From contig DATFHN010000109.1 in assembly GCA_035248365.1 (NCBI GenBank), positions 8,682 through 72,681 on the forward strand: a stretch of 64,000 nt of DNA. The letters are read 5' to 3'. Origin of the DNA: Pseudonocardiaceae bacterium. GTDB lineage: Bacteria; Actinomycetota; Actinomycetes; Mycobacteriales; Pseudonocardiaceae. The notes beneath the pieces are model-generated. The model did no database searches. It worked only from the letters and a program-made list of their open reading frames with translations, and was not told the DNA's origin. The position numbers were made by a program, and so were the translations under genes. Position 1 is the stretch's first letter. The number at the start of each line of letters is the position of its first letter. Positions 19,310 through 28,417 of this stretch are shown here, one piece after another.

Positions 19310-20224
19310 TCACCGCGAATGTGCCAGGCGTTCCCGCTGCGGCGTGATCGTGTATTTCGGGTCCTTGGCCGAGATCATGCCCGCATGGAACACGCCCCAC
19401 CGGGTGGCGGCCGACGCGGCGAGCAGCGCGGCACCGGAGAGCGCGGCGACGATCCGGTGGCGCCGGCCCGCGATGGCGCCGAGCGCGCCGAGCACCGACA
19501 GGGCCTCGGCCGCCTTGCGGTAGTCGCGGGCTTTGCCGGTGTCGTAGGCTTCGTCGATCATGCCGAGGCGGGCGCGCATCCGCGCGAACGCGGCCAGTTC
19601 GGTGCCGACCCCGAGCAGCGCGAGGTTGCGGGCCGGGCCGTTTTCGGTGACCGGCGCGGCGAGCAGCCCGAAGCCACCGGCGGCGGTGGCGCCGGAGCCG
19701 ACGAACACGAACGGCATCTCCCGGTAGCCCTCGTGCCAGGCGGGTACGGCGGTGTCGCTGATCAGCGTCGCGGTGTACGCGGCGACGGCCGGGCCGAGCG
19801 TGGCCGCGCCAACGGTGGCGAGCACGCCGATCGGGCGGAAGCGGCCGGTGACCGCCGACGCCGCCGCGACTCCGGCGATCGGTACGTAGCCGCTGAGCAG
19901 CCACGAGCCGACGCTCATCGGTGAGGTCACCTTGAACACCCGGAGCATGTTCAGGAACCGCATCGGCCTGCCGAGATCGCGAACCAGCGCGGCCACCGAC
20001 AGCACTCCCCCGCTCACCGCCGCGAGCTTCGCCGCCTTGGCCAACATGGGCCTGCCGGTCAGATCGGCTCCGGCGGCCAGAATCGAGGACAGACCGGCCA
20101 GGCCGCCGAGGAACAGGTAACCGGGAATGTCGGGCACGGCCCACACCGGCGCATTGATCACCGGCTTGCCGTAGTAGGAGGTGAACTCGGCCTTCGGCAC
20201 CATCGTCCGCTCGTGCTTGCTCAT
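19310..20224 (-). CDS. NrfD/PsrC-family membrane anchor of formate dehydrogenase
   Basis: 'YLFLGGLAG', 'DLGRPMRFLNMLRVFKVTSPMSVGSW'; ATGA overlap with beta subunit. Confidence 0.88.
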   Translation of the reverse strand: MSKHERTMVPKAEFTSYYGKPVINAPVWAVPDIPGYLFLGGLAGLSSILAAGADLTGRPMLAKAAKLAAVSGGVLSVAALVRDLGRPMRFLNMLRVFKVTSPMSVGSWLLSGYVPIAGVAAASAVTGRFRPIGVLATVGAATLGPAVAAYTATLISDTAVPAWHEGYREMPFVFVGSGATAAGGFGLLAAPVTENGPARNLALLGVGTELAAFARMRARLGMIDEAYDTGKARDYRKAAEALSVLGALGAIAGRRHRIVAALSGAALLAASAATRWGVFHAGMISAKDPKYTITPQRERLAHSR

Positions 20225-21054
20225 CGCCCACCGCCGACGACGAACGCGGCGACCACCCCGGCCACGGCCGCGAGTGCGGCGGCGCCCGCGTGCCGCCACA
20301 TGGACGGCAGATCGCGGGTGGTCACCACCGGGTCGGGCGGCAGGCCGTAGACCTCGGGTTCGTCCAGGAGCAGGAAGAACGCGCCGTCGCCGCCGACCCC
20401 GTCGGCCGGGTCCTCGCCGTAGAGCCGGGCATCGGCGACGCCCTCGGTGTGCAACTGCTCGACGCGCTGCGCGGCGCGGTCGCGGAGTTCGTCGAGCGGG
20501 CCGTACTGGATGGAATCGGTCGGGCAGGCCTTGGCGCAGGCCGGTTCCTGGCCTGCGCCGAGCCGGTCGTAGCACATCGTGCACTTCCAGGCGCGGCCGT
20601 CGTCCTCGCGCCGGTCGATCACCCCGTACGGGCAGGCCGGGACGCAGTAGCCGCAGCCGTTGCAGATGTCCTCCTGCACGACCACGGTGCCGAACTCGGT
20701 GCGGAACAGCGACCCGGTCGGGCAGACGTCCAGGCAGGCCGCGTGGGTGCAGTGCTTGCACACGTCCGAGGCCATCAGCCAGCGGAACTCGCCGGCATCG
20801 CCGCCCTGCTCGGCCAGCGCGAGAACGTCCACATCGGACTCAGGTGCCGCGACGGGTTTGTGCTGCTCGATGAAGGCGACGTGGCGCCAGGTGCTGGCGC
20901 CGAGCCCGGCGGTGTTGTCGTAGGACATGCCGGTCAGCTCGGCGCCGTCCGGCGGGATCAGGTTCCACTCCTTGCAGGCGACCTCGCACGCCTTGCACCC
21001 GATGCACACGGACGTGTCGGTGAAGAACCCCATCCTGGGCTGCGCCTCGGTCAT
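20221..21054 (-). CDS. Formate dehydrogenase iron-sulfur (beta) subunit
   Basis: Four CxxCxxC/CP motifs: 'CIGCKACEVAC', 'CKHCTHAACLDVCP', 'CNGCGYCVPACP', 'KCTMC...CAKACP'. Confidence 0.93.
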   Translation of the reverse strand: MTEAQPRMGFFTDTSVCIGCKACEVACKEWNLIPPDGAELTGMSYDNTAGLGASTWRHVAFIEQHKPVAAPESDVDVLALAEQGGDAGEFRWLMASDVCKHCTHAACLDVCPTGSLFRTEFGTVVVQEDICNGCGYCVPACPYGVIDRREDDGRAWKCTMCYDRLGAGQEPACAKACPTDSIQYGPLDELRDRAAQRVEQLHTEGVADARLYGEDPADGVGGDGAFFLLLDEPEVYGLPPDPVVTTRDLPSMWRHAGAAALAAVAGVVAAFVVGGGR

Positions 21055-24000
21055 CACGGCTCCGTTCCGGTGCGTTCGGTGATCCCGGCCCTGCGCTGGT
21101 AGTCGGCGACCAGCGCGAGCCGGCCGGGGCCGCGCGGCCGCCGGCCCGGGCGGATGTCGCAGGCCAGCGCCTTGACCTCCTGGATGTGCGAATTCGGATC
21201 GAGGCTCACCGCGGCCAGTTCGTTGGCGGCGTCGCCGACGCTGAATCCGTTGGCGCCCCAGTGGTAGGGCAGGCCGATCTGCAACAGCCGCCTGCCCTGC
21301 ACGACCAGCGGCGGTATCCGGTCGGTGACCAGCACGCGCGCCTCGATGGCGGCCCGGGCCGACACGATCGTGGCCCAGCCCAGGTGTTCCAGGCCGCGTT
21401 CGGCGGCCAGTTCCGGGGCGATCTCGCAGAAGAACTCCGGTTGCAGCTCGACCAGGTAGTCCAGCCAGCGGCTCATGCCACCCGCGGTGTGGTGCTCGGT
21501 GAGCCGGTAGGTCGTCGCGACGTAGGGGAAGACATCCGAGCCGGGCTCCGCGCCGCTGGGCTGCAACCGGTTCGCCGGGTGCACGAACGGCAGTACCTGA
21601 CGCACCGGGTTGCGCTGCTGGCCGTAGAGCAGGTTCGGGAACGGCGAGTCCTGCGGTTCGTAGTGAGCCGGTAGCGGACCGTCGGTGAGACCGGCGGGCG
21701 CGAACAGCCAGGCCTTGCCGTCGGCCTGCATGACGAACGGGTCGATGCCGGACAGCGCCTTCGGACCGGTCGCGTCGGCGTCCGGCCGGTAGCCGGGCGC
21801 CTTGTCCGGGCTGAAGTCCGGGGTGTCGTGGCCGGTCCACTTCGACTGCTCGGCGTCCCACCAGACCAGCGCCTTGCGCTCGCTCCAGGGTTTGCCGTCC
21901 GGATCGGCGGAGGCGCGGTTGTACAGGATGCGCCGGTTGGCCGGCCAGGCCCAGCCCCACTCGGCCGCGACCCAGTTCTGTTCGCGGCCCGGTTTGCGCC
22001 GGGCGGACTGGTTGACGCCGTCCGCGTAGACACCGCAATAGATCCAGCATCCGCAGGTGGTCGAGCCGTCCTCTGCCAACTGTTCGTAGGAGGCCAGCGG
22101 GGTGCCCTCGGCGTCGTAGCCGTTGATCTCGGCCAGCACGGTCTCCGCGTCGGGCTCGGCGATGTCGTGCTTGACCGGATACTCCCAGGTGAGGTCGAGC
22201 AGCGGCCGGTCCATCTCGTCGGTCGACGCCGCCAGCCGGTCGCGGATCTTGCGGCCGAGGTGGTAGGTGAACCAGAGGTCGCTGCGCGCGTCGCCGGGCG
22301 GTGGGACGGCCTGGTGGTGCCATTGCAGCATGCGCTGCGTGTTGGTGAACGTGCCGTCCTTCTCGGTGTGCGCGGCGGCGGGCAGGAAGAACACCTCGGT
22401 GCCGATGTCCTCGGTGCGCATCTCGCCGGTCTCGATCTCGGGGCCGTCCTTCCACCAGGTCGCGCTCTCGATCATCGAGAAGTCCCGCACCACCAGCCAT
22501 TTCAGGTTGGCCAGGCCGAGCCGTTGCAGCTTGGCGTTGGCCGAACCGACCGCCGGGTTCTGGCCGAACAGGAAATAGCCGTCGCACTCGCCCCTGATCT
22601 GGGCCAGTACCGTTTCGTAGGTGCTGTGGCTGCCGGTGAGCCTGGGCAGGTAGTCGAAGCAGAACTCGTTGTCCGGGCGCGCCGCGTCGCCCCAGTAGGC
22701 CTTGAGCAGACTGACCAGATAGGACCGCAGGTTGGCCCAGTAGCCCTTGGCGGTGGACTCGGCGTCGACGAACGAGTCCAGGTTCTCGTTGCCGTGCGCG
22801 TGCGGCATGGGGATGTAGCCGGGCAGCAGGTTGAACAGGGTCGGAATGTCGGTCGAGCCCTGGATCGACGCGTGCCCGCGCAGGGCCAGGATGCCGCCAC
22901 CGGGCCTGCCGATGTTGCCGAGCAGGGTCTGCAGGATGGCCGCGGTGCGGATGTACTGCACGCCGACGGTGTGCTGGGTCCAGCCGACCGAATACACGAA
23001 CGCGCTGGTGCGCTCGCGGCCCGAGTTGGCGGTCAGCGCGTCGCACACCTGGCGGAACTTCTCCCGCGGAATACCGCAGATCTCCTCCACCATCTCCGGG
23101 GTGTAGCGGGCGAAGTGGCGCTTGAGCACCTGGAACACGCAGCGCGGATCGGTCAGCGTCTCGTCGCGTTGTGCCTCGCCGACCGCGGCGCCACCGGAAC
23201 CGTGCGCCTCCCCGCGCGCGGCCTGCCGAACACCGGTCGCGGACTGCTTGTCGTCGCCGTATTCCAGGTCGCGTTCGCCCGCCGCGGCCTGCACCTCGGT
23301 GTCCTTGTACTGCCAGGTGTGGAAGTCGTAGGTGCGTTCTTCGGTGTCCAGGCCGGAGAAGACGCCGTCGAGGTCCTCGGTGTCGGCGAACTCGTCGGTG
23401 AGGATGGCGGCCGCGTTGGTGTAGTTGACCACGTAGTCGCGGAAGTACTTCTCCTGCGTGAGCACGTGGTTGACGATCCCGCCGAGCAGGGCGATGTCAC
23501 TGCCCGCGCGCAGCGGCACGTGCAGGTCGGCGACCGCGCTGGTCCTGGTGAACCGGGGATCGATGTGGATCACGGTGGCGCCGCGCGCCTTGGCCTCCAT
23601 CACCCACTGGAACCCGACCGGATGGCACTCGGCCATGTTCGAGCCCTCGATGACGATGCAGTCGGAGTTCTGCAGATCCTGCTGGAACGTCGTGGCGCCG
23701 CCACGGCCGAAGGAGGTACCCAGACCGGGCACCGTGGAGGAGTGTCAAATGCGCGCCTGGTTCTCGATCTGGATCGCGCCCAGCGCGGTGAACAATTTCT
23801 TGATCAGGTAGTTCTCTTCGTTGTCGAGCGTCGCACCGCCGAGGCTGGCGAAGCCCATGGTCCGGCGGGTCCGCTTGCCGCCGGCCTCCCACTGCCAGCC
23901 GTCGCGGCGGGATTGGATCACCCGCTCGGCGATCATGTCCATGGCGGTGCCGAGGTCGAGCCGTTCCCATTCGGTGCCGTGTGGACGGCGGTAGAGCACC

Positions 24001-24311
24001 TGGGTGACCCGGCCGGGGCCGGTGACCAACTGCTTGGTCGCCGACCCCTTCGGACACAACCGGCCCCTGCTTACCGGCGAATCCGGGTCACCTTCGACCT
24101 GGACGACCTTGCCGTCCCGGACGAAGACGTTCTGCCCGCAGCCGACCGCGCAGTACGGGCATACCGACTTGACCACCTTGTCGGCGGTCGCGGTGCGCGC
24201 GGTCAGGTGCTCGCTGGCGCTGCTCTTCACGGCCGCGCCGCGACCCAGCGGGTCCCCTTGGGTGAACTGGCGATAGACGGGCCAGCCTTCGATCCACTGC
24301 GGTACACCCAT
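21054..24311 (-). CDS. fdhA: Selenocysteine-containing formate dehydrogenase alpha subunit (FdnG/FdoG type, 1085 aa, Sec at codon 189)
   Basis: Two in-frame ORFs joined by TGA at 23745-23747 in 'QARI-U-HSSTVPGLG'; 'CPYCAVGC' 4Fe-4S motif; 'ALRGH'; SECIS downstream; sel genes in window. Confidence 0.93.
23715..23733 (-). promoter_or_regulatory. Bacterial SECIS element
   Basis: Hairpin GGUGCCC-GGUCU-GGGUACC starting 11 nt after the UGA. Confidence 0.85.
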
Positions 24312-24320
24312 GGCCTTGGC

Positions 24321-24345
24321 ATACCCGTGCCGGCCTCGGTCAAAC
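24321..24345 (-). promoter_or_regulatory. SigF-type promoter of the fdh operon (leaderless)
   Basis: GTTT-N15-GGGTAT-N9-ATG. Confidence 0.8.
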
Positions 24346-24501
24346 CCGGGATGGGCGGCGGCTCGACCGAGGCCGGCAGCGGCGGCTAGGCCATGTTCTA
24401 CCTGTCCCTCCGAGCGAGCGGAGTCATGGTGACTGAGGACAACGCCGGAGATGGTGTGCCTGGACACCGCGCAGCTGGTACGCGGATAGGTGAAACAGGG
24501 C

Positions 24502-25065
24502 CTAGCTACGGCCTCTTCCGGTGAGAGTGTCCCGGAGCTTGTCCGCGGCGGCCGCCGCCATTCCAGCGGTCTTCTGCGCACCCGGGCCGGACGGCGTTGC
24601 CGGGTGCGGCCGGGTCGGTGCCATGCTCCTGGCCTTGGCCATCTTCTCGCCCAGTTCCTCCAAAGTGGACTTGTCAACCGAGGCGAGTACCCGGGGCCAG
24701 ACCTGGGTCTGCTCGTAGTCTATGTGCTCGCGGCCGTCCGCGACGATCCGTTGCACCATCGGTTCGAAGTCGGCCTGGGCCGGTTCGGCGCGGTCCAGGG
24801 CGGCCAGCAGCTTTTTGGCGGCGTCTTCCTGTTCCACCGCGCGGTGGGCGAGTTCTTCGCCGCCCGGCACGGATTCGCGCACCATCGGCCAGAAGTACTG
24901 TTCCTCGATCGCCTCGTGCCGCGATTCGGCGATCACCAGTTTGGTGACGAGTTCCTTGCGCGCCTGCGACTGGTCGGCTCCCACCATGGCGGGCACGTTC
25001 TCCAGTTCGGTCAGCATGATCAAGACCTTTTCGTGGTCTTCGCGCAACAACTCGATCACGTTCAC
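24502..25065 (-). CDS. Hemerythrin (HHE) domain protein
   Basis: 'LREDH', 'HEAIEEQYFWP', 'HIDYEQ', 'APTRPHP'. Confidence 0.88.
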   Translation of the reverse strand: MNVIELLREDHEKVLIMLTELENVPAMVGADQSQARKELVTKLVIAESRHEAIEEQYFWPMVRESVPGGEELAHRAVEQEDAAKKLLAALDRAEPAQADFEPMVQRIVADGREHIDYEQTQVWPRVLASVDKSTLEELGEKMAKARSMAPTRPHPATPSGPGAQKTAGMAAAAADKLRDTLTGRGRS

Positions 25066-25106
25066 CGCGCACCAGCCCCTCACCAGGAAACGTTTGTACG
25101 GAACGC

Positions 25107-25131
25107 ATACCCCGGGGCGAGCGGGTGATAC
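25107..25131 (-). promoter_or_regulatory. SigF-type promoter (hemerythrin)
   Basis: GTAT-N15-GGGTAT. Confidence 0.7.
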
Positions 25132-25133
25132 GG

Positions 25134-26150
25134 TCACAGCCAGTCCTTGCGCCGGAAAATCACGTAGAGCACCAGCGATGCCAGCACGATCAGGCCGCTG
25201 GAGGTGATCTCGCCGCTGACGGCGGAAAAACCCGGATAGGGCACGTTCTGGCCGTAGAAGCCGGTGATCGCGGTCGGCACCGCGATGATCGCCGCCCAGC
25301 CGGTCACCTTCTTGGAGATCACGTTGAGCCGGTTGCTCTGCAACGCGAGACGCGTGTCCACGATCGAGCTGATCATGTCGCGCAGCGAGTCGGCCCATTC
25401 GGTGGTACGCAAAACGTGGTCGTAGACGTCCTGGAAGTAGGGCAGCAGTTCGCTGCCGGCCAGCCGCTGGTCGCGGTGCATGATCGCGCCGAGCAGTTCT
25501 CGCATCGGCGCGACCACCCTGCGCAGGTTGACCAGGCTCTTGCGCAGCTGGAAACTCAGCCGCTGCACGTCGTCCTGCGGTCCCTGCTCGTCGAAGACGG
25601 CGTCCTCCAGCGTCTCGATCCGCTCGTCGAGATCCTGCACGGCCTGGTAATGACCGTCCACGACGACATCGAGCAAACCGTGCAGCAGCACCATGATCGG
25701 CGACCCGGGCAACTCGGCGGCATTGTCCCAGTGCCGCATGACCGCGCCGATGTCGAACCCGTCGTCCTTGCGCACGGTGACGAGCACCTTGTCGGTGATG
25801 AACGCGGCCAGTTCGCTGGTGCGCAGCTCACCGCTGGGCGCGTCGAAGGAGGTCGCGTAGAGGCTGATGAACTCGTGCGTCGCGTAGCGGTCGAACTTGG
25901 GCCGCTGGTGTTCGTGCACCGCGTCCTCGACGGCCAGTTCGTGCAGTCCGAGTTGGTCGGCGATGGCGGCCAGGTCCTCTGTGTCCGGATCGCACAGGTC
26001 GAGCCAGACGACGGCATCGCGCTCGTGGACGTGGGCGCGGATGTCGTGGACCGGGAAGTCGCGGCCGACGATCCGGTCGCCCCGGTAGGCCCTGGTGTGT
26101 GCGAGCGCGCCCGAGCCGACCGGCTGCGCGCGAACCGCGGTGTCGGTCAT
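25134..26150 (-). CDS. corA: CorA-family Mg2+/divalent cation transporter
   Basis: 'HELAVEDA..HQRPKFD', 'PTAITGFYGQN' (GMN variant), two C-terminal TMs. Confidence 0.88.
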   Translation of the reverse strand: MTDTAVRAQPVGSGALAHTRAYRGDRIVGRDFPVHDIRAHVHERDAVVWLDLCDPDTEDLAAIADQLGLHELAVEDAVHEHQRPKFDRYATHEFISLYATSFDAPSGELRTSELAAFITDKVLVTVRKDDGFDIGAVMRHWDNAAELPGSPIMVLLHGLLDVVVDGHYQAVQDLDERIETLEDAVFDEQGPQDDVQRLSFQLRKSLVNLRRVVAPMRELLGAIMHRDQRLAGSELLPYFQDVYDHVLRTTEWADSLRDMISSIVDTRLALQSNRLNVISKKVTGWAAIIAVPTAITGFYGQNVPYPGFSAVSGEITSSGLIVLASLVLYVIFRRKDWL

Positions 26151-26159
26151 GATGAAGAG

Positions 26160-26217
26160 GTACCCGCACCTCAGTGGGTTATTCGTGGCCGGGTATGCGG
26201 GCACGCCGAGCGGGTAT
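26160..26217. promoter_or_regulatory. Back-to-back SigF-type promoters for corA and GH15
   Basis: Minus: GAAT-N15-GGGTAC-N9-ATG(26150); plus: GTAT-N15-GGGTAT-N9-GTG(26227). Confidence 0.75.
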
Positions 26218-26226
26218 CCGACGCGG

Positions 26227-27966
26227 GTGACGATCGAGCCCGCCAACGGGGACCGCCCGCACGTGCTGCGCGAGTACGCCGTGCTCGGTGACGGCGAGCG
26301 TGGCGCCGTGGTCGGCGCGGACGGCCAGGTGGTCTGGATGTGCGCTCCGGCCTGGCATTCCAGCCCGGTGTTCGACCGGCTGCTCGGCGGGCACCACGGC
26401 TATCAGCTGGCGCCGACCGATCCCTGGACGGTGTGGAGCGGCACCTACCGGCACGGCAGCCTGATCTGGTGCACCCAGTGGGTCACCAGCGACACGGTGG
26501 TCCGCTGCGAGGACGCCCTGGCCGTACCGGCCGACCCGCACACCGCCGTGCTGATGCGCCGCGTCGTGGGTGGCGAGGCGCCTGCCCGGGTCGCGGCGCG
26601 GCTCACCCTGCCGAGTTCGGCGGCGCGGCGGCTGGACCGCGTCGGCCGGTCCTGGATGACCGAATTCGACGGCTGGTACCTGCGCTGGCACGGCGCGCCC
26701 AGCGCGGTGGTCTCCGCGACCGACGACGCCTGCCTGCGACTCGTGCACGACATCGAGGCGCACACCCGGCACGATCTCCTGCTGGAGGTCTCCGACCGGC
26801 CCTTCACCAGTCCCCCGCCCGATCCGGAGACGTTGTGGGAGCAGACCGAGCAGACCTGGGCCGAGTGGACCCCGGACACGTCGGACACGCTGGCGCCGCG
26901 CGACGTGCGTCATGCCTACGCCGTGTTGCGCGGGCTGACCAGCGGCAGCGGCGCGATGGTCGCGGCGGCGACGACCTCGCTGCCGGAACGCGAGCGGGCG
27001 GGCGCCAACTACGACTACCGCTACGCGTGGATCCGCGACCAGTGCTGGGTCGGCCAGGGCATCGCGGCGCACGGCAACCATCGGTTGCTGGACACCGCGG
27101 TCGGCTTCGTCACCGAGCGGCTGCTCGCCGACGGCCCGGACCTCTCCCCGGCCTACACGGTCGCCGGTGAACCGGTGCCGGAGGAGCACGCGCTCGGGCT
27201 GCCCGGTTATCCGGGCGGGTCGGACCGGATCGGCAACCAGGTCACCGACCAGTTCCAGCTCGACGTGTTCGGCGAGGCGCTGCAACTGTTCGCGGCGGCC
27301 GCGCGGCACGGCGCGCTGGAGCACGACACCTGGAAGGCGGCCGTCACCGCGGCCGACGCGATCCGGTCGCGGTACACCGAAACCGATGCCGGGGTGTGGG
27401 AGCTGGACAACCAGCGGTGGACGCATTCGGCGCTGGCCTGCGTCGCCGGGTTGCGGGCGATGGCCGAGTTCGCGCCGGACAACGAGGCACGCGACTGGAC
27501 CGAACTGGCCGGGCGGGTGCTGACCGAAGCACAAGAGTGGGGCGTGCATCCGCGCGGCTACTGGCGCCGCGCGGCCGGCGACGACCGGATCGACGCCGCC
27601 CTGCTGCAGGCGGCGTTGCGCGGCGCCGTCCCGGCCGACGATCCGCGCAGCATCGCCACCCTGGACACCGTCCGAACCGAACTGACCGAGGACGGCTACG
27701 TCTACCGCTACCGGCACGAGGGCCACGATCTGGGCGATGCCGAAGGGGCGTTCCTGGTCTGCGGTTTCCTGATGGCCCTGGCCGAGGATCAGCAGGGCCG
27801 GCACGCGCAGGCGCTGCGCTGGTTCGAACGCAACCGCTCCGCGTGCGGGCCGCCCGGGCTGTTCGCGGAGGAGTACGACGTGCAACGCAGGCAGTTGCGC
27901 GGCAACCTGCCGCAGGCCTTCGTGCACGGGCTGCTGATCGAGTCGGCGGCGCGGCTGAGCGACTGA
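26227..27966 (+). CDS. GH15 glucoamylase/trehalase-family hydrolase
   Basis: 'AAATTSLPE', 'DYRYAWIRD', 'GVWE', 'EGAFLVC', 'GNLPQAFVH'. Confidence 0.92.
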   Translation: MTIEPANGDRPHVLREYAVLGDGERGAVVGADGQVVWMCAPAWHSSPVFDRLLGGHHGYQLAPTDPWTVWSGTYRHGSLIWCTQWVTSDTVVRCEDALAVPADPHTAVLMRRVVGGEAPARVAARLTLPSSAARRLDRVGRSWMTEFDGWYLRWHGAPSAVVSATDDACLRLVHDIEAHTRHDLLLEVSDRPFTSPPPDPETLWEQTEQTWAEWTPDTSDTLAPRDVRHAYAVLRGLTSGSGAMVAAATTSLPERERAGANYDYRYAWIRDQCWVGQGIAAHGNHRLLDTAVGFVTERLLADGPDLSPAYTVAGEPVPEEHALGLPGYPGGSDRIGNQVTDQFQLDVFGEALQLFAAAARHGALEHDTWKAAVTAADAIRSRYTETDAGVWELDNQRWTHSALACVAGLRAMAEFAPDNEARDWTELAGRVLTEAQEWGVHPRGYWRRAAGDDRIDAALLQAALRGAVPADDPRSIATLDTVRTELTEDGYVYRYRHEGHDLGDAEGAFLVCGFLMALAEDQQGRHAQALRWFERNRSACGPPGLFAEEYDVQRRQLRGNLPQAFVHGLLIESAARLSD

Positions 27967-27970
27967 GCGC

Positions 27971-28417
27971 TCAGGCCTGGTGGCCGTTGGGGTTGGCGTG
28001 GCTGTCGAGCCAGAACCACAGCGCCGTCAGCCCGCCACCGGCCGGACCGACCACCCAGATGCACCACGGGTAGACCAGGTGCTCCGCCCCGGCACACGAC
28101 AAACCCCAGATCAGCAGGCTCAACCCGCTCAGCACCAGCCACAGCAGGCTGGCCCCGCGCAGCGCGCGGTAGCCGCGATCGGTCCGCCGCCGCGAACGCG
28201 ACGCCAGTTCGGCCGCCCGGGTGACCGCCTCGCTCGGCAGGTCCGCGGTGAGTTCGGCCAGCTCGCCCCGGGTGGTCGCGGCCCACGCGGCGGCCACCCG
28301 CAGGTCGAACTCGGCCAGATCGAGACTGCCGTCGCCGCTCGCCCGGATCAGCCGGTCGGCGACCTCCTGGCGTTGCACGTTCGTCGCCCGGACATCGTCC
28401 GGCGACACCCGCTTCAT
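27971..28417 (-). CDS. DUF1707 (SHOCT-like) membrane protein
   Basis: 'VRATNVQRQEVADRL...G.LDLAEFDLRVAAAWAATTRGELAELTADLP' plus two TMs. Confidence 0.82.
   Translation of the reverse strand: MKRVSPDDVRATNVQRQEVADRLIRASGDGSLDLAEFDLRVAAAWAATTRGELAELTADLPSEAVTRAAELASRSRRRTDRGYRALRGASLLWLVLSGLSLLIWGLSCAGAEHLVYPWCIWVVGPAGGGLTALWFWLDSHANPNGHQA

Noticed and set aside
23745-23747. FDH alpha as a nonsense pseudogene
   Set aside because: The TGA is at the catalytic Sec/Cys position, with a SECIS and complete sel genes in the window
24393-24524. 43-aa plus-strand ORF between fdh and hemerythrin
   Set aside because: Poor GC3 bias, no RBS or promoter, and it overlaps the hemerythrin 3' end
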